A stretch of DNA of 64,000 bases from Acinetobacter lwoffii (GCA_963516025.1 CAUPZU010000012.1:11749-75748); one strand, 5' to 3'. Positions 44,684 through 55,393 are shown, counted from the stretch's first letter. The notes: generated by a model not told the origin, from the letters alone. Numbers and translations: made by a program.

Positions 44684-46006
44684 TTAGCCGCCAAATAGTG
44701 CGAATTTAAGCGTCCATAGTACTGCAATAATCCAGACCATATACGGTACAGTTGATGCCTTACCGGTTAACAATTTGATCAGTGCATAGCTGATGAAGCC
44801 CATCGCAATACCATCAGCAATTGAATAGGTAAATGGCATAAATACAATGGTTAAAAATGCAGGAACTGCTTCTGTAATATCTTCCCAGTCAATATGCACG
44901 ATACCTTGAATCATTAAGACACCGACAAATAACAGCGCTGGTGCTGTTGCAAAGCTTGGTACAGACTGTGCCAATGGTGCAAGGAACAAACAGGCAACAA
45001 ACAGGATACCGACTACAACAGCAGTTAGACCTGTACGGCCACCGGCTGCTACGCCCGCAGAAGATTCAATGTATGGCGTAGTTGAAGATGTACCCAGCGC
45101 TGCACCTGCAACAATTGCAGAAGAGTCCGCAAAAAGTGCTTTTTTCAAACGCGGCAGTTTGCCATCTTTCAACAAGCCTGCACGGTGTGAAACACCTACA
45201 AGCGTACCGGTTGAGTCGAATAAATCGACCAGGAAGAAGACAAAAATCACGCCAATTAAACTGGCAGTGAACAGACCTTCAAAGCTCATTTGCATAAATG
45301 TGGGTGCAATCGATGGCACTGCGCCAACCACACCTTTAAATTCACTCAGACCCAATGCTGCTGAAATACCGGTTAACACCAAAATACTGATGATGATCGC
45401 ACCGCGCACTTTAAAGTGATGCATCACAACAACCAGAAGGAAACCAAATAATGCAAGCAAAACCGATGGTTGTTTTAAATCGCCCAAACCTACCAACGTA
45501 GCAGGATTATCCACAATCAGGCCGGCATTTTTCAAAGCAATCAGCGCAAGGAATAAGCCAATACCACCACCGATGGCCAGTTTCAGCGACATTGGAATCG
45601 CATTGACAATGGCTTCACGGATTTTGAACATGCTAATCGCAATAAACACAAGACCCGAGATAAACACAGCCCCGAGTGCTGTTTGCCAAGGCACACCCAT
45701 TCCCAAACAGACGGAATAGGTAAAGAAGGCATTTAAGCCCATGCCTGGTGCAAGTGCAATTGGATAATTTGCAATCAAACCCATAACTAAACAGCCAATC
45801 GCGGCTGCAAGACAAGTTGCTACAAAGACAGCCCCATGATCCATCCCCGTTTCGGACAAAATCATTGGATTGACAATAATGATGTAACACATCGTTAAGA
45901 ATGTAGTTACACCGGCAAGAACTTCTGTACGGAAACTGGTTTTGTTTTCACTCAGTTTAAACAGACGTTCAAGCATACTTTCTGAAGATGGATTAGGAGT
46001 CGTCAT
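44684..46006 (-). CDS. NCS2/AzgA family purine permease
   Basis: APGMGLNAFF, DLFDSTGTL, YIESSAGVAAGGRTGL. Confidence 0.93.
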   Translation of the reverse strand: MTTPNPSSESMLERLFKLSENKTSFRTEVLAGVTTFLTMCYIIIVNPMILSETGMDHGAVFVATCLAAAIGCLVMGLIANYPIALAPGMGLNAFFTYSVCLGMGVPWQTALGAVFISGLVFIAISMFKIREAIVNAIPMSLKLAIGGGIGLFLALIALKNAGLIVDNPATLVGLGDLKQPSVLLALFGFLLVVVMHHFKVRGAIIISILVLTGISAALGLSEFKGVVGAVPSIAPTFMQMSFEGLFTASLIGVIFVFFLVDLFDSTGTLVGVSHRAGLLKDGKLPRLKKALFADSSAIVAGAALGTSSTTPYIESSAGVAAGGRTGLTAVVVGILFVACLFLAPLAQSVPSFATAPALLFVGVLMIQGIVHIDWEDITEAVPAFLTIVFMPFTYSIADGIAMGFISYALIKLLTGKASTVPYMVWIIAVLWTLKFALFGG

Positions 46007-46116
46007 GACCTAGCCCCTATTGAGTAAACTTTATGCTTTAAGCAAGCCGTCAAATAAATGAAATTTTATAAAAAAAATTCATCAATTTTAAGGATGTGTT
46101 AGCAACGAATATGCCA

Positions 46117-46172
46117 GCATAGCCATTTGACGGGTTAAAATGTTGGAACAGCTTACAGCCCCAGGGCTATGC
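46117..46172 (-). ncRNA. Candidate cis-regulatory RNA (NMT1/xanthine riboswitch-like) in the permease leader
   Basis: GGCUGU-AAGC-UGUUCC...CCCGUC-AAAU-GGCU; competing pairings with the downstream leader; purine gene context. Confidence 0.5.
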
Positions 46173-46199
46173 TATAAAAACCCAAAAAAAAATCTAAAC

Positions 46200-46231
46200 A
46201 AAAAAGCTGCATAACCTTTATGCAGCTTTAT
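46200..46231 (-). terminator. Terminator upstream of the permease promoter region
   Basis: AAAGCTGCATAA-CCT-TTATGCAGCTTT with a U-tract on the minus strand. Confidence 0.7.
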
Positions 46232-46446
46232 TTTCTTGATTTAAACCAAATGCTTAACAAGATGAATTCTGCTTCATCCTGATCGTTGGCAAATTATAAC
46301 ACATTGATTTCTTATTGCTTCTTAGATTTTACACTTTATTAGAAATTAATATATCTTAAATGAATACTTTAAATTTTTATTATATTTATTATTGATTTAA
46401 TTTTATCATTTTAGCCCAATCAACGAAAGAAGATTGTCTAGCCTGC

Positions 46447-46608
46447 TTAATGTCGATGCCGATTGGATTCCAGCAATTTGCTTGAATCACGTCCATCGTT
46501 CAAGACATGACGGATCTTTTCATATTTTCTGATTTCGGACTGTTTATGGACACAAAATCCTAATAAACTGATCATTAAGGCAAAAACAGGGATAGCATAT
46601 ATTTTCAT
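46447..46608 (-). CDS. Possible 53-aa membrane-anchored small protein (MKIYAIPVFALMISLLGFC...)
   Basis: Hydrophobic N-terminus and charged tail; less AT-rich than its flanks; no clear RBS. Confidence 0.4.
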   Translation of the reverse strand: MKIYAIPVFALMISLLGFCVHKQSEIRKYEKIRHVLNDGRDSSKLLESNRHRH

Positions 46609-47221
46609 TTTTATTATGCTGCTTTGTAACACTATGCAATTATGCTAACAAAAAACCTAACAAACTTGTGACATAGTTTACATTTAACCCGATAGAAGGC
46701 ATTTATTTATCCTATAAATATTAATTTTATGTCGTTTTATTTATTAATACTTAATTAATTTATAATTCTTTTTTCAAAAAATCGATCCTATTAAAAATCC
46801 TTTTAAAAAAAACTAAATAATTGAATTTAATATATTTTTTAAACCACCTAAAAGAAGTTTATTCAAAATTAAAATATGTAGATAAATGAAATCTAACCTA
46901 TTCAATAGAACTTATTTCGGTTTATTTTATCGGCCTTTTCCAAGAATGCTCAACTTTAATTTTTAAAATAAAATGATCTAAATAAGGGAGATTTTGCGAG
47001 GGATTTCAAAGTGTTTAACGATATTTTTTATTTTTAATTATCTTGAAACTCTGCCTGATATTCAAAAATTACAGATCTTGAAGTTTTCATTATGCAGTTC
47101 ATCCACACTTCACTCATCATAGAGTCAAATCGTTGAACACTATTTAAGAACCTAACCATGATAAAGACATCCCAATATCCGGCATACATATCCTCATGCT
47201 GGATACTGGGAATCATCTCAT

Positions 47222-48004
47222 TTATGCACTCAGTTGTTCATCACGCTTGAACACCAGTTCTCCTTTGAGTGAACTGTCTGCATCAAAATAATAGCCATCA
47301 GTATTAAAAGCTTTTAGCCCCTCTATACGATCAATTTTATTTTCAATCATAAAACGCGCCATGAGACCGCGTGCTTTTTTGGCATAGAAACTAATCACTT
47401 TATATTTGCCATTTTTCTGATCCAGAAATACCGGCTTGATAATGTCTGCCTGAATTTTGCACTCGTTGACTGATTTGTAATATTCATCAGAGGCGATATT
47501 CACCAGGATTTCAGAATTTGCTGCTGCTAGATCCTGATTAATCAGATCAGTAATGTGATGAGCCCAGAACTCATATAGATTATGCCCACGGGAATTGGCT
47601 AACTTGGTTCCCATTTCCAGACGGTACGGCATCATTAGATCCAAAGGACGTAACAGTCCATATAATCCAGACAACATACGTAAACGGTCTTGTGCATAGT
47701 GCAGATCTTCGTGCTTCAAACTATAGGCATCCAGTCCGGTATAGACATCACCCTTAAATGCAAAAATCGCCTGACGGGCATTGGCTAAATTAAAATCTGG
47801 CTGCCAGTCATTGAAACGTGCGGTATTTAAACTGGCAATTTTTTCACTGACACTCATTAAGCTGGAAATTTCTGTTGCAGAAAGTGTGCGACAAACTTTA
47901 ATCAAGTCCTGTGAATGTTCTAATAATCTCGCTTGAGTAAATTGGTCAGTCGGTAATGGAGTATCGTAATCGAGAGTTTTGGCTGGAGAAATTAAAGCGA
48001 GCAT
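47222..48004 (-). CDS. yaaA: Peroxide stress protein YaaA
   Basis: [44 protein letters not shown]. Confidence 0.95.
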   Translation of the reverse strand: MLALISPAKTLDYDTPLPTDQFTQARLLEHSQDLIKVCRTLSATEISSLMSVSEKIASLNTARFNDWQPDFNLANARQAIFAFKGDVYTGLDAYSLKHEDLHYAQDRLRMLSGLYGLLRPLDLMMPYRLEMGTKLANSRGHNLYEFWAHHITDLINQDLAAANSEILVNIASDEYYKSVNECKIQADIIKPVFLDQKNGKYKVISFYAKKARGLMARFMIENKIDRIEGLKAFNTDGYYFDADSSLKGELVFKRDEQLSA

Positions 48005-48127
48005 GGCAACCTGGTCAAAAAATGATTAATCAAACTATATCAGTCTGCTTATTTTAATTCCAATTCATGTTTTTATTCACCATAATCGTTAAAATGCACG
48101 ATTCTCCTGTTAATCATCGGTTTTTAT

Positions 48128-48760
48128 ATGCCCGAGCAAATTTTTCTTCAAGGGCCTGCGGGTCAGATTGAAGTTTTTGTGGATTATCCTCAGGGTGAAG
48201 TGAAAGGATTCGCGGTAGTTTGTCACCCCCATCCATTGCAAGGCGGTACACCACAACATAAGGTTCCGGTTTTACTGGCACAAATGTATCTGGAACGTGG
48301 CTGTATTGTGTATCGTCCAAGTTTCCGTGGTTCTGGTCAAAGTGAAGGTATACATGACGAGGGCTTCGGTGAAACGGATGATGTATTAGAAGTCATTCGG
48401 TTCGCTCGCAACCAGCATATTGCCCTGCCTTTTTATGCAGGTGGTTTTAGTTTTGGTGCGCATGTCATGGCAAAAAGCTATGCAGCCTTACCCGTAGAAC
48501 TGCAACCAAAGCAAACCATTTTATGCGGTCTGCCAACTGCAACAGTGGCTGGTATTCGCCATTATGTTACGCCTGCAATTAAAGGCGACATCCTGTTCAT
48601 TCATGGTGAAGCCGATGAAGTGACTTTGCTCTCAGATATGATTGAATGGGCAAAACCACAACGCCATTTAGTGACCGTATTACCTGGTGCCAACCATTTC
48701 TTTACCGGCTATTTAAAGCAATTGCGGATCGCAATGACCCGATATTTAGCGCTCGGCTAA
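48128..48760 (+). CDS. Alpha/beta hydrolase
   Basis: CHPHPLQGGT, GFSFG nucleophile elbow, HGEADE, ANHFF. Confidence 0.9.
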   Translation: MPEQIFLQGPAGQIEVFVDYPQGEVKGFAVVCHPHPLQGGTPQHKVPVLLAQMYLERGCIVYRPSFRGSGQSEGIHDEGFGETDDVLEVIRFARNQHIALPFYAGGFSFGAHVMAKSYAALPVELQPKQTILCGLPTATVAGIRHYVTPAIKGDILFIHGEADEVTLLSDMIEWAKPQRHLVTVLPGANHFFTGYLKQLRIAMTRYLALG

Positions 48761-48762
48761 AT

Positions 48763-48793
48763 AAAAAAACCCATCAGATGATGGGTTTTTTTA
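48763..48793. terminator. Bidirectional terminator
   Basis: AAAAAAACCCATCA-GA-TGATGGGTTTTTT. Confidence 0.8.
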
Positions 48794-49336
48794 TTAAAAG
48801 ACAAAATCTTCTGCAAAAATTTCATACATCACAGCCCGATATTTAGGCTTATCGATGTAACGGAGAATTTTTCCACCCAAGCGTTCTGCAATTTTACGGC
48901 TAGCCCAGTTTTCTTCTGCTACCGGGTAGCTTAAGACTTGAATCCCTAATGTATTAAAAGCATAGGCCACAACACAATGCACTGCCTCATGTCCATAATG
49001 ATGACCATGCGCAGTTTCACGAATCCAAATACCGACTTCAGGTATTTCATCATGAAGTCGATGCAAACCACATAGCCCAATAAATTCTTGTGTTTCAATA
49101 TGACGGATCACAAATACATATTCTTTATAATCAGTCATATTTTCCAGCCAATTTTGCCAGACTGTTGCAAATCCCTGTTCAGATTGTGGTGGGTCCCACG
49201 CCATAAAACGTGTCAAACTCGGCGTAATTGAAGCATAAGTTTCTTTGGCATCGGCTGATTTAAAACAATTCAGGATCAAGCGTTGACTTTGCAGTGTAGG
49301 CAAAGCTGATTGATTCTGTTGAATTAGCTCTTCCAT
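48794..49336 (-). CDS. GNAT (RimJ/RimL-like) N-acetyltransferase
   Basis: PEVGIWI...HGHHYGHEA, NWASRKIAERLGG. Confidence 0.85.
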   Translation of the reverse strand: MEELIQQNQSALPTLQSQRLILNCFKSADAKETYASITPSLTRFMAWDPPQSEQGFATVWQNWLENMTDYKEYVFVIRHIETQEFIGLCGLHRLHDEIPEVGIWIRETAHGHHYGHEAVHCVVAYAFNTLGIQVLSYPVAEENWASRKIAERLGGKILRYIDKPKYRAVMYEIFAEDFVF

Positions 49337-49686
49337 TCAAACTCGCTAAAGCTTTCCTGCTCTTTTAGAGAGGTTTCCACTGCCTGTGCAAGCTGATTAA
49401 GCAAACTTCTTTCGGTGATACGATCCAGCCAGTCCTGTTCTTCTTCAGGATATGAGGCAATTTCACAGACCAGATGCCCTTGTTCATCTCTGGTTTCACA
49501 ACTCACCGATAAAGGCAGCGCATGTTCTTCCACGCTGACGGCAACCTGAGCTCCACTTTGGCTTAAGGTCTGAAAACCATATTTGCCTAATTTTTCGGCA
49601 AGCAAATGTGCTACATATTCCTGGGTTTCCTGACCATCCCGTGGTGTTTGGCTCTGGGTATTGGCCATGAATTTTAATTTTCGCAT
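49324..49686 (-). CDS. Hypothetical protein
   Basis: Protein-like composition; overlaps the GNAT start. Confidence 0.65.
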   Translation of the reverse strand: MRKLKFMANTQSQTPRDGQETQEYVAHLLAEKLGKYGFQTLSQSGAQVAVSVEEHALPLSVSCETRDEQGHLVCEIASYPEEEQDWLDRITERSLLNQLAQAVETSLKEQESFSEFEWKS

Positions 49687-49785
49687 CGCTACTTCCAAAT
49701 GGCTTTTTTCTTATATGGGTTTAGCATAAGCAATATAAACAAAACAGCCAAGCAAAAGCTTGGCTGTTTCACATAATTTTAAAAA

Positions 49786-52032
49786 TTATTCTGACACTTG
49801 AATTGGCAATCCTGCGATTGAGGTTAATTCTGTGAAGGTCGGGAAACTGGTTGCGACCGTTTCAGTACCGACAATCTTGATCTGCTCCGAATTACGCAAA
49901 CCGGCAATTGAAAAACTCATCGCGATACGGTGATCATGATGCGATTCAATTTCACCACCGCTAAAGATTGGCGACCAGTCACCGGACTTGCCCTTACCTT
50001 CAATGATGATGCCATCGTCCGTTGGGGTACAGTCAATACCCATGGTTTGAAGACCATCTGCCATGACCTGAATACGATCCGATTCTTTTACGCGAAGCTC
50101 GGCAGCGCCGGTCAAAATCGTCTGACCTTCAGCACATGCAGCTGCAATAAATAACGCCGGGAATTCATCAATTGCCAATGGTATCTGATCTTCTGGCATA
50201 TGAATGCCTTTGAGCGTACGTGTACCACGAATACGAATATCTGCAATCGGTTCACCGCCCGCAATACGCTCGTTTTCAACTGTAATGTCCGCACCCATTT
50301 GCTTGAGGATTTCAATCACACCAGTACGGGTCGGGTTAATGCCTACCGCTTCAAGGGTGACGTCCGAATTTTCAGTAATGGCCGCACCCACCATAAAGAA
50401 GGCTGCTGAAGAAATATCTGAAGGCACTTGAATATTGGTACCCACTAACTTGCCGCCACCTTGCAGGGAAATTCGGTTGCCTTCTGTTTTCACTTCATAA
50501 CCAAATGCACGTAGCATACGTTCAGTATGGTCGCGTGTTGGTTCTGGTTCAGTCACCGAAGTTTCACCTTCCGCCCATAGACCTGCAAGTAGAATCCCTG
50601 ATTTCACCTGAGCAGAGGCCATTGGCAAATCGTACTGAATCCCTTTAAGGTTTTGATTGCCGGTGATGGATACAGGTGGTGTACCGCGTTCACCTGTGGT
50701 CTGAATTTGCGCACCCATTTCACGTAAAGGCTTGGCAATACGCTCCATTGGACGCTTGGATAAAGATGCGTCACCAGTCATGACTGAATCAAATTTTTGT
50801 GCAGCCAGCATACCCGACAACAAACGCATTGAAGTGCCCGAGTTGCCCATATAAATGGCAGACTGTGGCGCTTTAAGGCCATGCATGCCAACACCATGAA
50901 TGGTCACTTCACCATTTTTAGGGCCTTCAATGCTCACACCCATATCACGGAAAGCTTGCAGTGTCGCTAGAGCATCCTCACCTTCCAAAAAGCCGGTCAC
51001 ATGTGTGGTACCTTCTGCAATCGCACCAAACATGATCGAGCGATGTGACACAGATTTGTCACCTGGCACGGTAAATTTACCCTGAAATTTCTTGGCACCC
51101 GGCTGAATGGTAAATTGTTGTGTCACTTTATTTTTCTCCATGAAAGGTTTCTTGGCGAGCATATGGTTGAAATGCTGGCGAGCTGCCTGCGCATGACCCA
51201 ATAAGCCCATCAATGCGTGGGAATCTTCATCTTCAATCAATTTGCGGATAATCGCGAGCTGCTGTTCAAAGCCATCAACAGCATTCAGAACTGCTTTTTT
51301 ATTAGCAAAAAAGATGTCATGCCACATTTGTGGATCGCTGGCGGCAATTCGCGAGAAATCCCGAAAACCACCCGCAGCATAACGAAATATATCTAAATTG
51401 TCTTCACGCTTGGCCAATTGTTCAACCAAGTTGAATGCCATAAGATGCGGAAGATGACTGGTATGCGCCAGCACTTCATCGTGCTTGTCGACATCCATGC
51501 AAATCACTTCGGCTTTCGCCGCTTGCCACAGCTGAATCAGTTTATCGACGGCCCAGTCTGCACTGCTTGGCAGTGGCGTCAAGATCACCTTGTGATTGGC
51601 AAATAAATCAACTTTACCTGCATGCACCCCGGTATGCTCGGCACCTGCAATCGGATGGCCCGGTACAAAACCTTCAGGCAGTTCATCGCCAAAAACCGCT
51701 TTCGCTGCATCGACCACATTACCTTTGGTACTACCCACATCAGTAATAATGGTATTGGCAGATAAATAAGGCTTGATAGCTTCCAGCACCTTTTGCGTGG
51801 CACGTACCGGCAATGCCAGTACCACCAGATCAGCGCCTTTGACCGCCTCTACAGGATCGGCATAGCCTTCGGAAATCAGGCCAAGAGATTTAGCATCTTC
51901 CAAAGTCTTTTGTGAACGTGTCGATGCAACGATGTCATTGGCCAAATGCTCGGCTCGAATGACACGCGCCAGACTTGAACCAATCAGTCCAAGCCCGATA
52001 AATGCAACTTTTTCAAACAGTGGCTGCGACAT
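49786..52032 (-). CDS. aroA: Bifunctional prephenate dehydrogenase / EPSP synthase (TyrA-AroA fusion)
   Basis: GLGLIGSS, DVGSTK, GHPIAG, then PGDKSVSHR, GNSGTSMR, RVKESDRI, DHRIAM. Confidence 0.95.
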   Translation of the reverse strand: MSQPLFEKVAFIGLGLIGSSLARVIRAEHLANDIVASTRSQKTLEDAKSLGLISEGYADPVEAVKGADLVVLALPVRATQKVLEAIKPYLSANTIITDVGSTKGNVVDAAKAVFGDELPEGFVPGHPIAGAEHTGVHAGKVDLFANHKVILTPLPSSADWAVDKLIQLWQAAKAEVICMDVDKHDEVLAHTSHLPHLMAFNLVEQLAKREDNLDIFRYAAGGFRDFSRIAASDPQMWHDIFFANKKAVLNAVDGFEQQLAIIRKLIEDEDSHALMGLLGHAQAARQHFNHMLAKKPFMEKNKVTQQFTIQPGAKKFQGKFTVPGDKSVSHRSIMFGAIAEGTTHVTGFLEGEDALATLQAFRDMGVSIEGPKNGEVTIHGVGMHGLKAPQSAIYMGNSGTSMRLLSGMLAAQKFDSVMTGDASLSKRPMERIAKPLREMGAQIQTTGERGTPPVSITGNQNLKGIQYDLPMASAQVKSGILLAGLWAEGETSVTEPEPTRDHTERMLRAFGYEVKTEGNRISLQGGGKLVGTNIQVPSDISSAAFFMVGAAITENSDVTLEAVGINPTRTGVIEILKQMGADITVENERIAGGEPIADIRIRGTRTLKGIHMPEDQIPLAIDEFPALFIAAACAEGQTILTGAAELRVKESDRIQVMADGLQTMGIDCTPTDDGIIIEGKGKSGDWSPIFSGGEIESHHDHRIAMSFSIAGLRNSEQIKIVGTETVATSFPTFTELTSIAGLPIQVSE

Positions 52033-52035
52033 GGT

Positions 52036-53127
52036 TTAAGCTTTTGCCTCTAAACCGAGTACTTTAGCCAATGCGCTCAAGAATTTCGCATTTTCTGCTT
52101 CAGTACCAATCGATACGCGAATGTGATTTGAAATACCAACCGGACGCACAATCACCCCTTGTTTGAGCAAACCATTGAAGGTTGCTGATGGGTCTGCCTG
52201 TACATCTACCAGAATAAAGTTGGCACGTGAAGGCACATAGTTAAGACCCAAAGCCTTAAAGCCAGCTTCAAGTTGCGCCATACCGGCTTTATTCACTTCA
52301 CGAGAACGCGCGATAAAGTCTTCATCTTTCAGTGCAGCCACCGCAGCGACCATCGCTAAATGGTTGACATTAAATGGTTGACGAATACGGTTCAGGTAAT
52401 CTGTCACTTCAACTGAAGCCAGAGCAAAACCAACACGTAGTGCAGCCAAACCATAACACTTCGACAAAGTACGGCTAACGATCAGGTTTGGATATTGCGC
52501 AAGGAATTTCAAGCTGTTGAAGTTTTCCGGGAAATATTCCACATAGGCTTCATCCAGAACCACGATGACATTAGCAGGAACTTTTTGCATGAAAGCTTCA
52601 AATTCAGCTTCTTCGAACCAGGTTCCCGTCGGATTATTCGGGTTTGCAATGAAAACGAGTTTGGTGTTGTCCTGAATGGCAGCCGCCATTGCTTCCAAGT
52701 CATGCGAGAAGCCTTTAGCTGGTACTTCAATCGCTTGCGCATTAATGGCTTGAGTTACCAATGCATAAACCGCAAAAGCATGCTGGCTATACACCACCGA
52801 ATCATTTTCTGAAACGAATGCACGGGCAAACATTTCCAGTAAGTCGTTTGAACCATTCCCCAAGGTAATCTGATCATGATTAAAACCAAACTGGGTTTTG
52901 ATCTGATCTTTCAGGATAAAACCACCACCATCTGGATAACGGCCAATTTCAGCAATTTCCGCAGCGACCGCTTCTTTGACTTTATCTGAACAACCCAGCG
53001 GGTTTTCATTTGAAGCCAGTTTAACGATATCAGTAAGACCCAACTCGCGCTCAAGTTCACTGATCGGCTTACCCGGTTGATATGGCTTTAATTTTGAGAT
53101 GCCTGAATTAGCTGGAACAAACGACAT
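52036..53127 (-). CDS. hisC: Histidinol-phosphate aminotransferase
   Basis: PYQPGKP, KLASNENP, NPNNPTG, RTLSKCYGLAALRVG. Confidence 0.93.
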   Translation of the reverse strand: MSFVPANSGISKLKPYQPGKPISELERELGLTDIVKLASNENPLGCSDKVKEAVAAEIAEIGRYPDGGGFILKDQIKTQFGFNHDQITLGNGSNDLLEMFARAFVSENDSVVYSQHAFAVYALVTQAINAQAIEVPAKGFSHDLEAMAAAIQDNTKLVFIANPNNPTGTWFEEAEFEAFMQKVPANVIVVLDEAYVEYFPENFNSLKFLAQYPNLIVSRTLSKCYGLAALRVGFALASVEVTDYLNRIRQPFNVNHLAMVAAVAALKDEDFIARSREVNKAGMAQLEAGFKALGLNYVPSRANFILVDVQADPSATFNGLLKQGVIVRPVGISNHIRVSIGTEAENAKFLSALAKVLGLEAKA

Positions 53128-53193
53128 TTTAGACTTCCAATTTTAAATATAAAACAGTGGTCAGCACCCTCGCCCTGACCACGGATAGCTGAC

Positions 53194-54303
53194 TTAAAGT
53201 ACAGCTGCAGGATATGAACCGAGTACGCGAACCTCTTTGACCAAAGGACGAATTTCTTCAATGGCTGCTTTCACGTGTTCCTGCTCAATATGGCCTTCAA
53301 GATCAATGAAGAACACATAAGCCCATTTTTCAGGAAGTGCAGGACGGGTTTCAATGCTGGTCAGACTGATATTATGCTTGGCAAATGGCGCCAGAATTTC
53401 CAGCAAAGCCCCGGCACGATCATGTGCTGAAATCAGTAATGAAGTCTTGTCATTACCGCTTTGTGGCACTTTTTCACGGCCAATCACCAGGAAGCGTGTG
53501 GTATTTTCCGGATTATCCTCGATATTGCTATGCATGATTTCGAGATCATAAATGCTCGCAGCAATTTCAGAGGCAATCGCGGCAGAATGCCATTCATTAC
53601 GAATACGGCGCGCTGCTTCCGCATTGGAACTTAAAGCGACACGTTCCACACCTGGATAATGCGCATCCAGCCACTTACGGCACTGTGCCAAAGTCTGCTG
53701 ATGCGCATAAATCTGTTTGATGCTGTCTTTACGGGTATTTTCAGAAATCAGGAACTGATGGTGAATCGGTAATTCAACTTCGCCAATCACATTCAGGTTT
53801 GAGGTTTTGAAACAGTCTAAAGTATGGTTAACCACGCCTTCAGAGGAATTTTCTACCGGCACCAGACCATAATGGGCACTACCCGCTTCCACGTCACGGA
53901 AAACTTCATCAATGGTCGGTAAAGGACGAACCACAGCATCATGGCCAAAGTGCTTGAGTACCGCAGAATGAGTATAGGTCCCGACTGGTCCCAAGAAAGC
54001 AATGCTTTGCGGCGCTTCGAGTGCAAGACAGGCCGACATGATTTCACGGAACAGACGTGCCATGGTGGTATCAGACAATGGCCCTTCATTACGTTCCATG
54101 ACATTACGCAAAACCTGAGCTTCACGTTCTGGACGGTAAAACAGCGGATTCTCTTCTGAGGCAAACTTTGCTTTTGCCACAGCTTCAGCCAAACGTGCCC
54201 GACGGTTAATCAATTGCTGAATTTGCTGATCAACAGAATCGATATCTTCACGAATTTTTGCCAAATCAAGAGAAGTCGTGGTGTTTTGATCGTCGTTGAT
54301 CAT
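53194..54303 (-). CDS. pheA: Chorismate mutase / prephenate dehydratase (P-protein)
   Basis: IREDIDSVD, RPEREAQVL, PVENSSEG, NTTRF, IETRP. Likely start MIND. Confidence 0.94.
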   Translation of the reverse strand: MINDDQNTTTSLDLAKIREDIDSVDQQIQQLINRRARLAEAVAKAKFASEENPLFYRPEREAQVLRNVMERNEGPLSDTTMARLFREIMSACLALEAPQSIAFLGPVGTYTHSAVLKHFGHDAVVRPLPTIDEVFRDVEAGSAHYGLVPVENSSEGVVNHTLDCFKTSNLNVIGEVELPIHHQFLISENTRKDSIKQIYAHQQTLAQCRKWLDAHYPGVERVALSSNAEAARRIRNEWHSAAIASEIAASIYDLEIMHSNIEDNPENTTRFLVIGREKVPQSGNDKTSLLISAHDRAGALLEILAPFAKHNISLTSIETRPALPEKWAYVFFIDLEGHIEQEHVKAAIEEIRPLVKEVRVLGSYPAAVL

Positions 54304-54791
54304 TGTTCTGTCGCCCTTCATAAACCTTATCTGTTCAGTATAACAATAGTGAGCTTTCAAATGTTACGCAATATGACATTGGTAGATTAAGTCTTAAAAA
54401 CATACAGTTGATTTTAACCGTTTATCGCTTTTGGTCATATCTGGTAACATTTACTTCAGCTTTTCTGCTTGATTTACATTATTAAATTGTAAACTTTGCC
54501 TCTCCATATTAACTGATTTTAAGGAAGATGAAATATCACTATTTCTTAATCTATATAGCGGTTTTAAGCATAAGAAAATTAAAATAATTGCTTTTCAAAC
54601 GTCATTTTTGAACCATTCATATCTAAGATAGATTTCACAATAAAATGCACACTCTGTAACCCCATTTTTATCGACTTCTCTTTGATTTCACTTATTTTTT
54701 TACATTAAATCACTACTCAATTACAAAGCAGAGACGATTTTTTAACCAATCATAGATAGTCTAACTTAAAACAAGCGTTTGGGTGTCAGTC

Positions 54792-55310
54792 ATGCCAAAA
54801 AGAATAGCTGTACTTTTGACGAATAATTTTGAAGATCAGGAATATCTTGAACCCGTTGCAGCCTTGCTGGAAGCAAAGCATAGCATCTGTAATATTGAGT
54901 TTAATGCAGGAAAAGTGGTCTATGGTCTGCATGGCTGTTCTGCAGTGACGATTGACCGGGACATCGAACAAATCAGTATTGATGATTTTGATGCCTTGCT
55001 GATTCCTGGCGGTGAATCTGCAGTTTCTTTATCTACCGATCTCCGGGTGCTTCAATTTATCCAAGCTTTTAACCAGGCCAAGAAAACCATCTTTAGTTTA
55101 TGTGATGCATCATTATTACTGTGCGAAGCGGATGTACTAAAAAATCGAATTATTACCAGTATTCGCGCGCATGCCAGTCGCGTACAACGTGCCGGTGGAA
55201 CGTATTATGATGCAGAACTGGTGAATGACAATAATCAGTTGATTTCATCGCGTCTACCCAATGATTTACCCATTTTTATTCATGAATGTTTGGATGTTTT
55301 AAAATCATAA
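54792..55310 (+). CDS. DJ-1/PfpI family protein
   Basis: FEDQEY, DALLIPGG, nucleophile Cys in SLCDAS, ISSRLPNDL. Confidence 0.85.
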   Translation: MPKRIAVLLTNNFEDQEYLEPVAALLEAKHSICNIEFNAGKVVYGLHGCSAVTIDRDIEQISIDDFDALLIPGGESAVSLSTDLRVLQFIQAFNQAKKTIFSLCDASLLLCEADVLKNRIITSIRAHASRVQRAGGTYYDAELVNDNNQLISSRLPNDLPIFIHECLDVLKS

Positions 55311-55352
55311 AGTCTTAAAAAATATTTCCCATCTTGGCCATGTTCTCCCCTA

Positions 55353-55382
55353 TAAAAAAGAGTCCTTCGGGACTCTTTTTTA
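55353..55382. terminator. Bidirectional terminator with a UUCG loop
   Basis: AAAAAAGAGTCC-TTCG-GGACTCTTTTTT. Confidence 0.88.
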
Positions 55383-55393
55383 TGGTTGAGCTA

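Noticed and set aside
47034..47216. 60-aa ORF downstream of yaaA
   Set aside because: No recognisable motif and only weak RBS support; cannot be supported as a gene.
48133..48143. Near-match CGAGCAAATTT to the alaA motif
   Set aside because: One mismatch, a single copy, and inside coding sequence (P-E-Q-I-F codons).
49786..52032. TyrA-AroA fusion as a novelty
   Set aside because: Already known in Acinetobacter and Pseudomonas.
54304..54420. Possible pheA attenuator leader peptide
   Set aside because: No Phe-rich short ORF with terminator/antiterminator structure found.
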